From NCBI RefSeq assembly GCF_000022265.1, contig NC_011979.1, positions 1,230,001 through 1,262,000 on the forward strand: a stretch of 32,000 nucleotides of DNA. Direction: 5' to 3'. Below are positions 9,127 through 18,415 of the stretch, piece after piece. The notes below the pieces were generated by a model that had not been told where the DNA came from, made no database searches, and saw only the letters and a list, made by a program, of their open reading frames with translations. The DNA is from Geotalea daltonii FRC-32. Lineage in GTDB: Bacteria; Desulfobacterota; Desulfuromonadia; Geobacterales; Geobacteraceae. The translations under genes were made by a program, and so were the position numbers. Positions within the stretch are counted from its first letter, which is position 1. Each line of letters begins with the position of its first letter.

Positions 9127-10503
9127 ATGAGCAAAGACAAACTGTGGGGTGGCCGTTTCACCCAGCCCACTGACAAATTCGTCGAGGAATTCACCGCTTC
9201 CATCGACTTCGACAAGCGCCTCTACCATCAGGATATTCGCGGCTCCATCGCCCACGCCCGGATGTTGGGCAAACAGCGGATCATCCCCATGGAGGATGTG
9301 GAGAAAATAGTCCATGGACTGCAGGAGATCCTTGACCAGATCGAGGCCGGCAAATTCGATTTCTCCATCTCCCTGGAAGACATCCACATGAATATCGAGT
9401 CGCGCCTGTCGGCGAAGATCGGCGAGGCGGGCAAACGTCTGCACACCGGGCGCTCGCGCAACGACCAGGTGGCCCTGGATATCCGCCTCTACCTGCGGGA
9501 CGAGCTGGTGGAGATCAGCGCTTACCTTGATCTGCTGGTGGATTCACTGCTCACCCAGGCGGAAAAGAATATCGATGTCATCATGCCGGGCTATACCCAC
9601 CTCCAGACTGCCCAGCCGATTCTCTTCGCCCATCACATGCTTGCTTATGTGGAAATGTTCAAGCGGGACAAGGGCCGCATGGAAGACTGCCTGAAGCGGA
9701 CCAACATCCTGCCGCTGGGGGCCGGTGCCCTGGCCGGGACCACATTCCCCATCGACCGGGAGCACGTGGCCGAATTGCTGGACTTCCCCGAGGTAACCCG
9801 CAACTCCCTCGACTCGGTTTCCGATCGGGATTTTGCCCTGGAATTCCTGGCCGATGCCTCCATTCTGATGATGCACCTCTCTCGATTCTCCGAGGAGCTG
9901 ATCCTCTGGTCCACCAGTGAATTCAAATTCATCGACCTCTCCGACGGCTTCTGCACCGGCTCTTCCATCATGCCCCAGAAGAAAAACCCGGACGTGCCGG
10001 AACTGGTGCGGGGCAAGACCGGCCGTGTCTACGGTAACCTGATGGCCCTCCTCACCGTGATGAAATCACTGCCCCTGGCCTACAACAAGGACATGCAGGA
10101 GGACAAGGAGCCGCTTTTCGACACCATCGACACCGTCAAGGGAAGCCTCAAGATCTTTGCCGATATGATCCGGGAGATGCAGGTCAACACCGACACCATG
10201 CGCAACGCAGCGGCAAAAGGCTTTTCCACGGCCACCGACGTGGCCGACTACCTGGTGCGCAAGGGGATGCCGTTCCGTGACGCCCATGAGGTGGTAGGAA
10301 AATCGGTTGCATACTGCATCGCCAACAAAAAGGACCTGCCGGAGCTTGCCATCGAGGAATGGAAGGGTTTCTCCCCGATGATCGATACCGACATCTATGA
10401 GGCCATCACCCTGGAGGCTAGCGTCAATGCTCGCCGTGCAACCGGCGGCACTTCTCTGGAAGGGGTTAAAAGAGAGATTGCCAGAGTACGAGCTGGCAAG
10501 TAG
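9127..10503 (+). CDS. argH: Argininosuccinate lyase
   Basis: 458 aa with [15 protein letters not shown], and the fumarate-lyase signature [12 protein letters not shown]. An AGGAGA RBS is present. Confidence 0.96.
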   Translation: MSKDKLWGGRFTQPTDKFVEEFTASIDFDKRLYHQDIRGSIAHARMLGKQRIIPMEDVEKIVHGLQEILDQIEAGKFDFSISLEDIHMNIESRLSAKIGEAGKRLHTGRSRNDQVALDIRLYLRDELVEISAYLDLLVDSLLTQAEKNIDVIMPGYTHLQTAQPILFAHHMLAYVEMFKRDKGRMEDCLKRTNILPLGAGALAGTTFPIDREHVAELLDFPEVTRNSLDSVSDRDFALEFLADASILMMHLSRFSEELILWSTSEFKFIDLSDGFCTGSSIMPQKKNPDVPELVRGKTGRVYGNLMALLTVMKSLPLAYNKDMQEDKEPLFDTIDTVKGSLKIFADMIREMQVNTDTMRNAAAKGFSTATDVADYLVRKGMPFRDAHEVVGKSVAYCIANKKDLPELAIEEWKGFSPMIDTDIYEAITLEASVNARRATGGTSLEGVKREIARVRAGK

Positions 10504-10565
10504 ACGGCTGTGGCTTTTGGGCAATTTCTGCGTTCGGCTGCGGGGCAATCGATAGGTTTTCATAC

Positions 10566-11321
10566 ATGCTAAAAATCCTGATTCCCATCATCATAATCTT
10601 TTTACTCTCTGCCTGTGGCAAGAAGGGGCCGCTGGTGCCGCCGGAGGCGCTGGTCCCTGCTGCCGTGGCCGATCTCCATGTTGCGCAGAAGGGGGACTTT
10701 TTCCAGCTCTCCTGGTCCCAGCCGACCAAGGAAGCCGGGGGTGGTCGCCTGACCGGCCTTGCCGGCTTTGAGCTCTTTCGGAGGGAGGTGTTGCCCCCGG
10801 CTGAGGATTGCGAACAGTGCCAAACTGCCTATCGCCTGCTGAAAAAGGTCGATCTGGATTACCTGCGTGTTGTGGACCGCCTCGGCAACCTGTTATTGGT
10901 CAACGATAACGGGGTAGAGACCGGCAAGACCTACCAGTACAAGGTCATCTCGCGGAAAAAGGACGGCACCCCCAGTCCGGAATCCAATCGGGCCCGACGG
11001 CAGAAGGTCAATCCCCCCTTGCCGCCGGAGGTCAAGGCAACTTCCCAGACAACCAGTATCCTTATTGAGTTGAATCCTGCGCAGGTGGAGCCGGCCGCTG
11101 TCCTGTCGGGATACAATATCTACCGCTGGCGGACCGGGCAGTCCATCCCCCCGATTCCCCTCAACGACAAGCCCGTCACCGGCAATACCTTTGAAGACCA
11201 GCGGGTGGAGCGGGGTGTTACCTATTCCTATGCAGTGCGTACCCTGGTCAAGGCAGCGGGAGAAGAGGTGGAAAGCGCACCTTCCAACCAAGTGAGCGGG
11301 GCTTTGGCAGAGCCTGACTGA
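10566..11321 (+). CDS. Lipoprotein with an LptM/YifL-like N-terminus followed by two FN3-like beta-sandwich segments
   Basis: Signal peptide plus lipobox LLSAC, followed by GKKGPLVPP (compare E. coli YifL/LptM LTGCGLKGPLYFP). Later segments show FN3-like patterns: LSWSQP...GFELFRRE...GKTYQYKV and GYNIYRW...GVTYSYAV. Confidence 0.7.
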   Translation: MLKILIPIIIIFLLSACGKKGPLVPPEALVPAAVADLHVAQKGDFFQLSWSQPTKEAGGGRLTGLAGFELFRREVLPPAEDCEQCQTAYRLLKKVDLDYLRVVDRLGNLLLVNDNGVETGKTYQYKVISRKKDGTPSPESNRARRQKVNPPLPPEVKATSQTTSILIELNPAQVEPAAVLSGYNIYRWRTGQSIPPIPLNDKPVTGNTFEDQRVERGVTYSYAVRTLVKAAGEEVESAPSNQVSGALAEPD

Positions 11322-11492
11322 TCTTCTCAATCTGCCAATATAACGTCGTTTATTTTGACTTTTACCCTCCTGTATGTTAGAAGTATTCACTTTTTATCGT
11401 TTTTTCCCTCTCCCTGCTTGTGAAAATCGATTCATTGCCACTGGCACCGTACACTGGTAATTTTATCTAATTCGAGTTTGAGGAAAAGTTTA

Positions 11493-12746
11493 ATGCACCA
11501 CTTTCAGTACAAGGGGCACGATCTCTATGCCGAAGATGTGGCGATCAAGGACATCGTCGCCAAGATCGGCAGCCCCTTCTACGTCTATTCCCAGGCCACC
11601 CTAGAGCGCCATTTCCGCGCCATGGACGAGGCTTTTGCTACCGTTTCCCATACCATCTGCTATTCGATGAAGGCCAATTCCAACCTGGCGGTGGTGAAGA
11701 ACTTCGTCAATCTGGGTGGCGGCGTCGATATCGTCTCCGGCGGTGAGCTGTACCGGGCGCTGAAGGCGGGGGCGAGTCCTTCGAAAGTCGTCTACTCCGG
11801 CGTCGGCAAGAAGGACGACGAGATCGAGTACGCCCTCAACACCGGCATCCTCATGTTCAACGTGGAGTCGGAGCAGGAGCTGACCCGCATCTCCGAGATC
11901 GCCAACCGCATGGGCAGGAAGGCCGGGATCGCCATCCGCGTCAATCCTGACGTTGATCCCCAGACCCATCCCTATATCACCACAGGTCTCAAGAATGCCA
12001 AGTTCGGCATCACCATCGACCGCGCCATTGAAGAGTACAGGCGGGCCAAGGGCCTGCCGGGCATCGAAATCCTCGGCATCGACTGCCACATTGGCAGCCA
12101 GCTGACCAAAGTCAGCCCCTTCGTCGACGCAATCAAGAAGCTGAAGAATGTCATCGGCAAGCTGAAGGAGATGGGCATCAGCCTCACGTACTTCGACCTT
12201 GGCGGCGGTTTGGGCATCCAGTACAACGACGAGGCACCACCCCTGCCGGCCGATTACGGCAGCGAGATCATCAAAGAGACCAAGGACTTGGGCATGCACC
12301 TCATTTTCGAGCCGGGGCGTAATCTGGTGGGCAACGCCGGTATTCTGGTGGCCAAGACTCTCTACATCAAGCACCGCGACGAAAAGAACTTCATAGTGAT
12401 CGACGCCGGCATGAACGATCTGGCCCGCCCGGCCCTCTACGGCTCCTTCCATGGCATAAAACCGGTGGTCAAAAACCAGGACGGCACCATCACCGCCGAT
12501 ATCGTCGGCCCCATCTGCGAGTCGGGGGACTTCCTGGCCAAGGACCGTGAGGTGCCCATGTTCAAACAGGGAGACCTGATGGCCTTCATGTCCGCCGGCG
12601 CCTACGGTTTCGCCATGTCCAGCTCCTACAACAGCCGTCCCCGCGTTGCCGAGGTCATGGTCAAGGGGAACAAGTTCGAGGTTATCCGCGAGCGGGAGAC
12701 GGTGGAAGACCTGATGAAGGGTGAAAAAGTTCCTTCGTTCCTGTAG
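11493..12746 (+). CDS. lysA: Diaminopimelate decarboxylase
   Basis: PLP-Lys motif YSMKAN, GGGLGI, and CESGD. I place the start at ATG 11493 (MHHFQYKG, GAGGA RBS) rather than the TTG at 11478. Confidence 0.94.
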   Translation: MHHFQYKGHDLYAEDVAIKDIVAKIGSPFYVYSQATLERHFRAMDEAFATVSHTICYSMKANSNLAVVKNFVNLGGGVDIVSGGELYRALKAGASPSKVVYSGVGKKDDEIEYALNTGILMFNVESEQELTRISEIANRMGRKAGIAIRVNPDVDPQTHPYITTGLKNAKFGITIDRAIEEYRRAKGLPGIEILGIDCHIGSQLTKVSPFVDAIKKLKNVIGKLKEMGISLTYFDLGGGLGIQYNDEAPPLPADYGSEIIKETKDLGMHLIFEPGRNLVGNAGILVAKTLYIKHRDEKNFIVIDAGMNDLARPALYGSFHGIKPVVKNQDGTITADIVGPICESGDFLAKDREVPMFKQGDLMAFMSAGAYGFAMSSSYNSRPRVAEVMVKGNKFEVIRERETVEDLMKGEKVPSFL

Positions 12747-12828
12747 ACTAAATAATATATGGGCAAGACCCTGTCTTTGCCTGGATAAGGCAGACACACC
12801 CCGGTCTTGACCCAAACGGAGGTTGCAT

Positions 12829-13701
12829 ATGTTCAAAGGAAGCATTGTCGCCATTGTCACACCATTCAACAAAGGTGTGGTGGATGAAAAAAAACTGCGG
12901 GAACTGGTGGAATTCCAGATTGCCGGTGGCACCGATGCCATCGTGCCGTGCGGCACCACGGGAGAGTCCTCCACCCTGGACTACGAGGAGCATGACCGGG
13001 TCATCGAGATCGTTGTCCAACAGGTGAACAAGCGGGTTCCGGTCATTGCCGGCACCGGCTCCAATTCCACCCGCGAAGCAATCGAAATGACCGAGCATGC
13101 CAAGCAGCTCGGCGCCGACGGCGCGCTGCTCGTTACCCCATACTACAACAAGCCGACCCAGGAAGGGCTCTATCGCCACTACATGGCCGTTGCCGAGGCA
13201 GTGGCGCTCCCCCAGATCCTCTACAACGTTCCGGGGCGCACTGGTGTCAACCTGCTGCCGGAGACGGTGGCACGGCTGGCCGAGCACAAGAATATCGTTG
13301 CCATCAAGGAAGCGACCGGCTCCCTGCAGCAGGCCTCGGAAGTGCTGGCCCTGTGCGGCGACAAGATCGACGTCCTCTGCGGTGACGACTTCATCACCTT
13401 TCCCATGATGGCCTGCGGCGCCAAGGGGGTCATATCCGTCGTGGCCAACATCATGCCCAAAGAGGTCGCCGCCCTGGTGGACGCCTTCTTTGCCGGCAAG
13501 ATGGAAGAAGCCCGTCAGTGGCACCTGAAGCTGTTGAAGATTTCCAATGCCATGTTCATCGAGAGCAATCCGGTTCCGGTGAAGACCGCTGTCGGCCTGA
13601 TGGGCAAGGCGAGCGACGAGGTCAGGCTGCCGTTGGCGCCGATGTCAGATGCAAATAAAAATAAGCTCATCTCTGTTATGAAAGAGTACAAGCTTATCTA
13701 A
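12829..13701 (+). CDS. dapA: 4-hydroxy-tetrahydrodipicolinate synthase
   Basis: MFKGSIVAIVTPF, GTTGES, YNVPGRTG and the active-site Lys context AIKEATG. ATG 12829 sits 6 nt after GGAGG. Confidence 0.95.
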   Translation: MFKGSIVAIVTPFNKGVVDEKKLRELVEFQIAGGTDAIVPCGTTGESSTLDYEEHDRVIEIVVQQVNKRVPVIAGTGSNSTREAIEMTEHAKQLGADGALLVTPYYNKPTQEGLYRHYMAVAEAVALPQILYNVPGRTGVNLLPETVARLAEHKNIVAIKEATGSLQQASEVLALCGDKIDVLCGDDFITFPMMACGAKGVISVVANIMPKEVAALVDAFFAGKMEEARQWHLKLLKISNAMFIESNPVPVKTAVGLMGKASDEVRLPLAPMSDANKNKLISVMKEYKLI

Positions 13702-13709
13702 ATCGATTT

Positions 13710-13789
13710 ACCACTAAGACACGAAGGACACGAAGTAAACCAATAGATTATACCTTTTGTTTTCTTCGCGTTCTTCGTGCCTTCGTGGT
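13710..13789. repeat. Large imperfect palindrome built from CACGAAG units (REP-like) in the dapA-dapB spacer
   Basis: The left arm ACCACTAAGACACGAAGGACACGAAG (13710-13735) pairs with the right arm CTTCGCGTTCTTCGTGCCTTCGTGGT (13764-13789). By hand alignment 22 of 26 positions are complementary. The loop is 28 nt and AT-rich. Confidence 0.7.
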
Positions 13790-13807
13790 GAGACAAGGGG
13801 TTTTCCA

Positions 13808-14611
13808 ATGGTGAAAGTTGCCGTTTGCGGTGCCGCTGGCCGCATGGGTCAAAGAATTATCGTTGCAATAACCGAAGCCGAAGGAGCGGAGCTTTCCGGT
13901 GCCCTGGAACGGCCAGGGCATCCGTTGGTCGGCCAGGATGCAGGCATCCTGGCGGGTTGCGGCGAACTCAAGGTGAAGATCAGCGACGACATCAATGCCG
14001 TCGTCGAAGGGTGCGACGTGTTGATCGACTTCACCACTCCAAAGGTTTCCCTGAAGAACCTTGAGGCGTGCGCCCTGAAGAAGAAGTCCATCGTCATCGG
14101 CTCCACTGGCTTCACTCCGGAAGAACGGGTACTGGCCGCCGAGCTGGCCAGGGATATTCCGGCGGTGCTTGCCCCCAACATGAGCGTGGGGGTCAACGTC
14201 TGCTTCAAGGTCCTGAAGGATGTGGCCAAGACTCTGGGTGACGACTTCGACGTGGAGATCGTCGAGCTGCACCACAACAAGAAGAAGGATGCCCCTTCCG
14301 GTACAGCCGTCCGCATGGGTGAGGTGGTGGCCGAGGCTTTGGGCCGCGATTACAACAAGGTGGCCAACTATCACCGCGAGGGGATCTGCGGCGAGCGCAC
14401 CAAGGAAGAGATCGGCATGCAGACCGTGCGCGGCGGCGATATCATCGGCGAGCACACCGTCTACTTCATAGGCATGGGTGAACGGATCGAGATCTCCCAT
14501 CGAGCCATGACCAGGGACATGTTCTCACGCGGATCTGTTCGGGCGGCTAAATGGGTCGTTGGCAAAAAGCCGGGGCTGTACGATATGCAGGATGTATTGG
14601 GGCTGAAGTAG
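13808..14611 (+). CDS. dapB: 4-hydroxy-tetrahydrodipicolinate reductase
   Basis: MVKVAVCGAAGRMG (NAD(P)-binding), and the ELHHNKKKDAPSGTA signature. I use ATG 13808 because the ORF-track 13757 start runs into the palindrome. Confidence 0.94.
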   Translation: MVKVAVCGAAGRMGQRIIVAITEAEGAELSGALERPGHPLVGQDAGILAGCGELKVKISDDINAVVEGCDVLIDFTTPKVSLKNLEACALKKKSIVIGSTGFTPEERVLAAELARDIPAVLAPNMSVGVNVCFKVLKDVAKTLGDDFDVEIVELHHNKKKDAPSGTAVRMGEVVAEALGRDYNKVANYHREGICGERTKEEIGMQTVRGGDIIGEHTVYFIGMGERIEISHRAMTRDMFSRGSVRAAKWVVGKKPGLYDMQDVLGLK

Positions 14612-14631
14612 CATCTCCAAGGAGCGGGATC

Positions 14632-14943
14632 ATGCTATCTTTTTTGGACCTGGAACGGCTGAAAGAGCGGATCACTGAGGTTATGCATCCGGATAAGATC
14701 TACCTGTTCGGTTCGTATGCCAACGGAAATGCCACCGATGAAAGCGACGTGGATATTCTTGTGGTCATGGACTCCGAGCTCCCTCCGCACAAGCGGAATG
14801 TTGCCGTCAAAAGGTTGTTCCCCCAGCGGACCTTTTCCCTGGATGCTTTCGTCTACACACCCCAGGAGTTTGCGCGCTACAAGGATATTCCCGGTACACT
14901 GATCTACAACGCGGCACATTACGGCAGGTTGCTGCATGGATGA
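14632..14943 (+). CDS. mntA: Minimal nucleotidyltransferase (MNT-type antitoxin of an MNT/HEPN pair)
   Basis: The GS-x9-11-DxD motif reads LFGSYANGNATDESDVDILVV. ATG 14632 is preceded by AAGGAG. The ORF-track start 14551 would overlap dapB. Confidence 0.85.
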   Translation: MLSFLDLERLKERITEVMHPDKIYLFGSYANGNATDESDVDILVVMDSELPPHKRNVAVKRLFPQRTFSLDAFVYTPQEFARYKDIPGTLIYNAAHYGRLLHG

Positions 14944-15343
14944 GGTGACGGCGGAGATTGTCCGGCAATGGTTCCACAAGGCAGAGCACGACCTGCAAAA
15001 CATCCGCAATAACTTGGCTGCCGAAAACATTCCCACCGATACGGTCTGCTTTCATGCACAACAAGCGATAGAGAAGCTGCTGAAAGGTGTGCTGGTTGCA
15101 AATGCCCGCAATATCTCCAAAACTCACGATCTGGTTAAGTTGCTTACCGATGTGGCCGATATTCTTCCCGAACTGTTGACATACGAGGAGCAGTTAGAGG
15201 AAATCTCGGAATATGGAGTCGGTGTGCGTTATCCAGATGACTTTTTCGAGCCGACTCTGGAGGAAGCCCAATATGCCTTTCAGGTTGCAGTAGAAATAGA
15301 GACGATTATTTTGAATAAGATCACCCTTGAATACAATGCATAA
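14936..15343 (+). CDS. hepT: HEPN-domain protein (HEPN toxin of an MNT/HEPN pair)
   Basis: 135 aa, all-helical, with R-x5-H in ARNISKTHDL. Its start overlaps the MNT stop by 8 nt (ATGGATGA), implying translational coupling. Confidence 0.82.
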   Translation: MDEVTAEIVRQWFHKAEHDLQNIRNNLAAENIPTDTVCFHAQQAIEKLLKGVLVANARNISKTHDLVKLLTDVADILPELLTYEEQLEEISEYGVGVRYPDDFFEPTLEEAQYAFQVAVEIETIILNKITLEYNA

Positions 15344-15358
15344 GGAGAGCACTACGCA

Positions 15359-16591
15359 ATGGCAAAAATCAATGATAACTACCTGAAACTGAAAGCAGGC
15401 TATCTGTTCCCCGAAATCGGCCGCCGGGTGCGGGCTTTTGCCGAGGCCAACCCCTCTGCCAAGGTCATCCGTCTCGGCATTGGCGACGTGACCCGTCCCC
15501 TGGCCCCGGCTGTGCTGAAGGCTTTCCACGATGCGGTGGACGACCTGGCTACCACCGACAAGTTTGCCGGCTATGGCCCGGAACAGGGCTATGACTGGCT
15601 GATTAACGCCATCATCGACAAATCCTACAAGCCCCTCGGCGTTTCCCTCAAGACCGAGGAGATTTTCATCTCCGACGGCTCCAAGTGCGACTGCGCCAAT
15701 ATCCTCGACATCTTCGCCATGGACAACGTGGTGGCCATCGGCGACCCCGTCTACCCGGTCTACAACGACACCAACGTCATGATTGGCCGCACCGGTGAGG
15801 CCGACGAAAAGGGCTATTACAAGGGGATAGTCTACATGCCCTGTAACGAGGCCAACGGCTTCATCCCCGAGCTCCCCAAGGAGAAGGTGGACATCATCTA
15901 TCTCTGCTTCCCCAACAATCCCACCGGCACCGTGGCCAGCAAGGCCGAGCTGAAGAAATGGGTCGATTACGCCAACGCCAACGACGCCGTCATCTTCTTC
16001 GACGCCGCCTACGAGGCCTTCATCACCGATCCGTCCATTCCCCACTCTATCTACGAGATCGAAGGGGCCAAGAAGTGCGCCATCGAATTCCGCTCTTTCA
16101 GTAAGACCGCCGGCTTCACCGGCGTCCGCTGCGGCCTGGTGGTCGTGCCCGAAGAGGTGATGGGAACTACCGCTGACGGCGAGCGATACAGCTTCAACCG
16201 TCTCTGGCTGCGTCGCACCACCACCAAGTTCAACGGTGCCTCCTACCCGGTACAGCGCGCTGCTGCTGCCGTCTATAGTGACGAGGGATGGAAGCAGACC
16301 AAAGAGGTCATCGACTACTACATGGAGAACGCCCGCATCATTCGTGAAGGTTTGAAGGAAGTCGGCGTTACCGTTTTCGGCGGTGTCGATGCTCCATACA
16401 TTTGGCTCAAAACCCCAGGTGGCATGACCAGCTGGGACTTCTTCGACAAACTCCTCACCGAATGCAATGTGGTCGGGACGCCGGGCTCAGGCTTCGGGCC
16501 GAGCGGGGAGGGGTACTTCCGGTTGTCGGCCTTCGGTCATCGGGAGAATGTGATTGAAGCGGTGGAGAGGATAAAGAAGAACCTTAAGTAG
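15359..16591 (+). CDS. dapL: LL-diaminopimelate aminotransferase
   Basis: 410 aa starting [20 protein letters not shown], with NPTG and the PLP-Lys context [10 protein letters not shown], as in DapL-type aminotransferases. Confidence 0.92.
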   Translation: MAKINDNYLKLKAGYLFPEIGRRVRAFAEANPSAKVIRLGIGDVTRPLAPAVLKAFHDAVDDLATTDKFAGYGPEQGYDWLINAIIDKSYKPLGVSLKTEEIFISDGSKCDCANILDIFAMDNVVAIGDPVYPVYNDTNVMIGRTGEADEKGYYKGIVYMPCNEANGFIPELPKEKVDIIYLCFPNNPTGTVASKAELKKWVDYANANDAVIFFDAAYEAFITDPSIPHSIYEIEGAKKCAIEFRSFSKTAGFTGVRCGLVVVPEEVMGTTADGERYSFNRLWLRRTTTKFNGASYPVQRAAAAVYSDEGWKQTKEVIDYYMENARIIREGLKEVGVTVFGGVDAPYIWLKTPGGMTSWDFFDKLLTECNVVGTPGSGFGPSGEGYFRLSAFGHRENVIEAVERIKKNLK

Positions 16592-16593
16592 AT

Positions 16594-16626
16594 AAAAAGG
16601 GCGCCCTCAACGGCGCCTTTTTTTTA
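16594..16626 (+). terminator. Rho-independent terminator after dapL
   Basis: AAAAAGGGCGCC-CTCAAC-GGCGCCTTTTTTTT: a GC stem flanked by an A-tract and a T-tract. Confidence 0.8.
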
Positions 16627-16655
16627 CACCAACGCACTAACAAATGCGATTTTTG

Positions 16656-16697
16656 TTCCCACTTTGGGAATAATTTTGCTTGCCATTTTATTGGGAA
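16656..16697. promoter_or_regulatory. Candidate operator repeats upstream of higB
   Basis: Inverted repeat TTCCCA-CTT-TGGGAA (16656-16670) plus a third TGGGAA at 16692-16697, 17-58 nt upstream of the toxin start. Identified from pattern only. Confidence 0.3.
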
Positions 16698-16713
16698 CTG
16701 TTATACAAACTAA

Positions 16714-17007
16714 ATGAGAGTTATCGCAAAGAAAACATTGCGCCAATTTTGGGAGAGATTTCCCGATGCAGAAGACGCCTTGAAATCCTGGCATGCAGAG
16801 ACGGAGGCTGCTGCGTGGCAAACCCCAGCTGAAGTAAAGGCACAGTTCCATAGTGCCAGCATTGTCAAGGATAGCAGGGTCGTCTTCAATATCTGTGGTA
16901 ACAAGTATCGGCTGGTGGTGAAGATAAGCTATAAAAATGGGATTGTTCTTATCAGGTTTGTCGGTACCCACAAGGAATACGACGCGGTAGATGTCGAGGT
17001 GGTGTGA
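16714..17007 (+). CDS. higB: HigB-family (RelE-fold) mRNA-interferase toxin
   Basis: 97 aa: MRVIAKKTLRQFWERFPDAEDALKSWH...VFNICGNKYRLVV...IRFVGTHKEYD. This matches the HigB toxin family pattern as I recall it. Confidence 0.85.
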   Translation: MRVIAKKTLRQFWERFPDAEDALKSWHAETEAAAWQTPAEVKAQFHSASIVKDSRVVFNICGNKYRLVVKISYKNGIVLIRFVGTHKEYDAVDVEVV

Positions 17008-18209
17008 TGATCCACAAAATCATAAAAAACGAAAACGATTATGCAATAGCCTTGGCCCGCATAGATGAGCTAATAGATGCCGATCTAGGCACCCCCGATG
17101 GAGATGAACTGGAACTGCTGGTTACACTGGTTGAATTGTATGAAAACAAGGCTCATCCTATCGGTTTTCCCGACCCCATCGAAGCCATTAAATTCCGCAT
17201 GGGACAGGCGGGACTGAAGCAGAAGGATCTCATACCGTTTATTGGCAGTCGTAGCAAGGTTTCCGAGGTATTATCGCGCCAGCGCCCACTGAGCATTGCC
17301 ATGATACGTAAGCTTCACGAGGGACTGGGAATCCGGGCGGAAGTTCTTTTGCGTGAGCCGGAAACCAAAGGTGTACCTGCTTCTGAAGGGATAGAGTGGG
17401 AACGGTTTCCCTTGGCTGAAATGGTCAAAAGGAAATGGCTGCCTCATTTTGAAGGCACTATTAACGAGGCAAAGAAGCAGATCGCCGAATTGATCGGTGG
17501 CTGGGCAGCCCATGTCGGTGCTGACACACTGCAGCCGGCACTTCTACGACAGCATGTGCGTTCTGGAAGTGAGGTAGATAACTATGCCCTGGCCGCATGG
17601 AGGATTCGGGTCTCGCTGCAGGCTCAGGAGCAGAAGATACCACGATATCAGCCAGGCACGGTAACAACAGACTTCATTCGTGACCTTGTCCGGCTGAGCT
17701 ACCTTGATAATGGGCCTCTTCTGGCTCGGGAATACCTTCTGAAGAGCGGTATCCACTTCGTGGTGGAAGAGCATCTTCCCCATACCCACTTGGATGGAGC
17801 TGCCGTAATGCTTCAGAACGGTTCACCGCTTGTGGCGTTGACCCTCCGCCACGACAGGCTGGACAACTTCTGGTTCACCCTGTGTCATGAGTTGGCACAT
17901 GTCGCGTTGCATTTTGATGGCGGGGAGTGTGATGCTTTCTTCGACGACCTTGACCAAGCAGAAATAGATTTATTCGAGAAGGATGCTGATCATTGGGCAA
18001 CTGAGGCGCTTATTCCGTCTGAACTGTGGCATGCAGCCGACATGGAACGAAACCCGTCGACGCGGAGGATTATCGACTTTGCAGCCAGTCTCAGGATCAG
18101 TCCGGCAATCCCTGCGGGCCGCATCCGTAAGGAAAAGCAGAATTACAGGATATTCAGCGGCCTGCTTGGCTATAAACAGGTGCGCACCTTAGTTATGCAA
18201 GGCATCTAG
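17004..18209 (+). CDS. HigA-like HTH antitoxin fused to an ImmA/IrrE (M78) zinc metallopeptidase domain
   Basis: The N-terminal ~120 aa resemble HigA antitoxins (ENDYAIALARIDELIDA..., then the HTH KQKDLIPFIGSRSKVSEVLSRQRPLSIAMIRKL). The C-terminal part has HELAH (LCHELAHVALH) and a downstream EKDADHWATEALIP, like COG2856/ImmA. The start overlaps the higB stop (GTGATG), so it may be GTG 17004 or ATG 17007. Confidence 0.82.
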   Translation: MMIHKIIKNENDYAIALARIDELIDADLGTPDGDELELLVTLVELYENKAHPIGFPDPIEAIKFRMGQAGLKQKDLIPFIGSRSKVSEVLSRQRPLSIAMIRKLHEGLGIRAEVLLREPETKGVPASEGIEWERFPLAEMVKRKWLPHFEGTINEAKKQIAELIGGWAAHVGADTLQPALLRQHVRSGSEVDNYALAAWRIRVSLQAQEQKIPRYQPGTVTTDFIRDLVRLSYLDNGPLLAREYLLKSGIHFVVEEHLPHTHLDGAAVMLQNGSPLVALTLRHDRLDNFWFTLCHELAHVALHFDGGECDAFFDDLDQAEIDLFEKDADHWATEALIPSELWHAADMERNPSTRRIIDFAASLRISPAIPAGRIRKEKQNYRIFSGLLGYKQVRTLVMQGI

Positions 18210-18298
18210 GAAAAAGCGATCCATGTTTATCTACTTTTAGTGCCATACGAATCCCTTTCGCTTTCCCTCATAAATGCTGAACACAAGGCTTTTTCTGT

Positions 18299-18385
18299 TC
18301 GGCTCCAGCGGTGAAGGCTTCTTCCAGCTGCCGGCCTTCGGGTATCGTGAGAATGTGATTGAGGTGGTGGAGACGATAAATTGAA
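18299..18385 (+). pseudogene. Remnant of a second dapL 3' end (last 28 codons plus stop)
   Basis: It translates to [28 protein letters not shown]. The true dapL C-terminus (16493-16591) is [32 protein letters not shown]. By hand alignment 67 of 84 nt are identical, and there is no upstream ORF. Confidence 0.85.
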
Positions 18386-18415
18386 ATTTGGAGTAGAAGA
18401 TGTTTAACTGAAAAG

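Noticed and set aside
11322-11492. Possible lysine riboswitch or sigma54 promoter upstream of lysA (TGGCAC at 11442-11447).
   Set aside because: No GC dinucleotide lies at the -12 spacing after TGGCAC (the sequence is TGGCACCGTACACTGG). I cannot recognise L-box conserved helices or motifs by eye. It is left unannotated.
17983-18192. Internal or alternative-frame ORFs inside the HigA-ImmA gene (17983-18192 +, 17271-17789 -) considered as a hidden third TA component.
   Set aside because: They lie fully within the 401-aa ORF in other frames, with no RBS and no motifs. The fusion protein itself explains the coding signal.
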